A stretch of DNA of 8,143 nt, from the NCBI GenBank assembly GCA_000388065.2, contig KB932203.1. One strand, given 5' to 3'. Shown here piece by piece: positions 6,930-8,143 of this stretch (within the stretch, counting starts at the first letter, position 1; each line of letters starts with the position of its first letter). Position numbers and translations under genes: made by a program. The notes beneath the pieces were generated by a model. That model was not told where the DNA came from. It saw nothing but the letters and a program-made list of their open reading frames with translations, and did not search any database. The DNA is from Fonticula alba ATCC 38817 (taxonomy: Eukaryota > Protista > Nucleariida).

Positions 6930-8143
6930 CGGTGGGCATGGCCAGAATAAGGCGCACGGGGGTGAAGGCGGCCCGGCAGCAGCAGGAGGCACAGACAGCC
7001 CGGGGACGAGCGCCGGCCTGGGCCAAGCAGCGAGCCCCAGGTGCTTGGTGTGTAGACTCCCCCGTCTGCTGATCGGAACGGCATGCTCGATCTCCAGGCC
7101 CCTCTGGCCAGTGGCCAATGTTGGTTAAGTGTCCGGTGTTAATCGAGGTGCCGGGCGTGGACCATGTTGCCGGGAACCATTCCCTCGGCGGGACTCCCGG
7201 TGCCGGCCGGAAGATATTGCCCAGCCCGGCGCAATTGCACCGAGAGGGTGTTCGCCCGGCCGGCCCCCTCGTCACCCTTGGTGCATTCGGCTCCGGGGTC
7301 AAGGTCAAGTGAGTGGAGATGTATGGCCCCGGCGGGAGCTGTGCCCACGGCCTGCGACAAGCCAGCGCCGGCTGAAATGCCACTCACGGACACACAACTG
7401 CCAACCCAGGCCGACACCCGCCCGCGACGCCCGCCCCCCTCCCGGCCGGAATGACAAGGGCCGGGACGGCGGGGGGCGGAAGGCGGAAGGCGGGGAGTCG
7501 TCTTGATGCCGACCGGCAAATTTTCCCTGGCCCAACAGGCGGCCGCGCGTGGCAGCTCGCGAGACGGCGGGTGGGAAGGGGGGCGCTTGCTGACACGCAA
7601 AAAGGGGCCATCCTCGCGCCAGAAGAGGGTGTCTTTGTTGTTATTTGCGGGGAGACATATGCACACAGAGGGGACTCCTGGACAGGGGGGGGGGGGCGAC
7701 CCCCGTGCGCGGAAATAGTGCAGGCGGCAAGCCAGAGGCTGGACCGGTGTACCGCCCTCCGCCGCCGCTCTCGACTGTTATTATTGTTATTATTTTCGCA
7801 GCCCCTCGCACCCGGCCGTCGGAGCGCCGACACAACCCGGAAGAGGGCGGCCGAGGGGGGAGGGGCGCGGGTGACCGGCTCGCGCGCGGCTCGCTCCGGC
7901 GCGTCCCGCTTTGGCCGGGCCCTGGTCTGAGTAGTGGCGGACGCCATAAACGGCCGGGGTTGTGTGGATGAAAATGTCGGGGCCCCGCAGCCCGCGCGCG
8001 GGCCACGGAGGTGCAGGGCCCCGGGGGGGGGGGGGACATCAGAGGCGGGCGTTCCTCCCGGCGGCAGGGCCCGGCAGCGCGGCCGGACACGCTCCCATGG
8101 CACAGACCATTCGCAATTCCCACACCGGCCAAGGCGGGGGGCC

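Noticed and set aside
6021-7118. 365-aa minus ORF as a whole gene
   Set aside because: It runs through microsatellite and poly-G and antisense to the 6208 gene. Only the 7103-7023 patch is kept as a lead.
7990-8003. 14-nt palindrome gcccgcgcgcgggc
   Set aside because: Expected by chance in sequence this GC-rich.
7921-8110. RNase P P4-like pair (tggtctg at 7923 and cagacca at 8103)
   Set aside because: The flanking GGAA (CR-I) and ACnnAA (CR-V) consensus positions are missing on both strands.
1-8143. CRISPR array, tRNA, rRNA, transposase or SECIS/selenoprotein
   Set aside because: No spaced direct repeats, cloverleaf, rRNA motif, transposase motif or AUGA/GA core was seen.

Overview
GC-rich, intron-containing eukaryotic genomic DNA with many microsatellites, poly-C tracts and one 130-N assembly gap. 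It is not prokaryotic, and most six-frame ORFs are shadows or read through introns. Three spliced plus-strand genes can be built by hand, each with GT-AG introns, branch-point-like CTGAC/CTTAC/TTGAC motifs and consistent phases. (1) The 3' part of an MDM31/MDM32-family mitochondrial inner-membrane protein (exons 239-1068, 1266-1619, 1817-2146). (2) A complete 7-exon CIA1/CIAO1 WD40 cytosolic Fe-S assembly gene (3154-5444, 445 aa). (3) A 2-exon, 115-aa Lys/Arg-rich protein I cannot assign (6208-6686), which is absent from the ORF track. From about 6800 to the end, repeat strand bias flips and there are coding-like patches, including a partial HNH-like motif on the minus strand, but no defensible gene model. 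An Mdm31 gene in a genome of this style suggests a fungus or fungal relative such as Fonticula; that is inference only. I found no convincing new multi-gene system. The best leads are the unassigned basic protein, the unexplained right-hand region, the +4C donor consensus and a perfect 18-bp hairpin.
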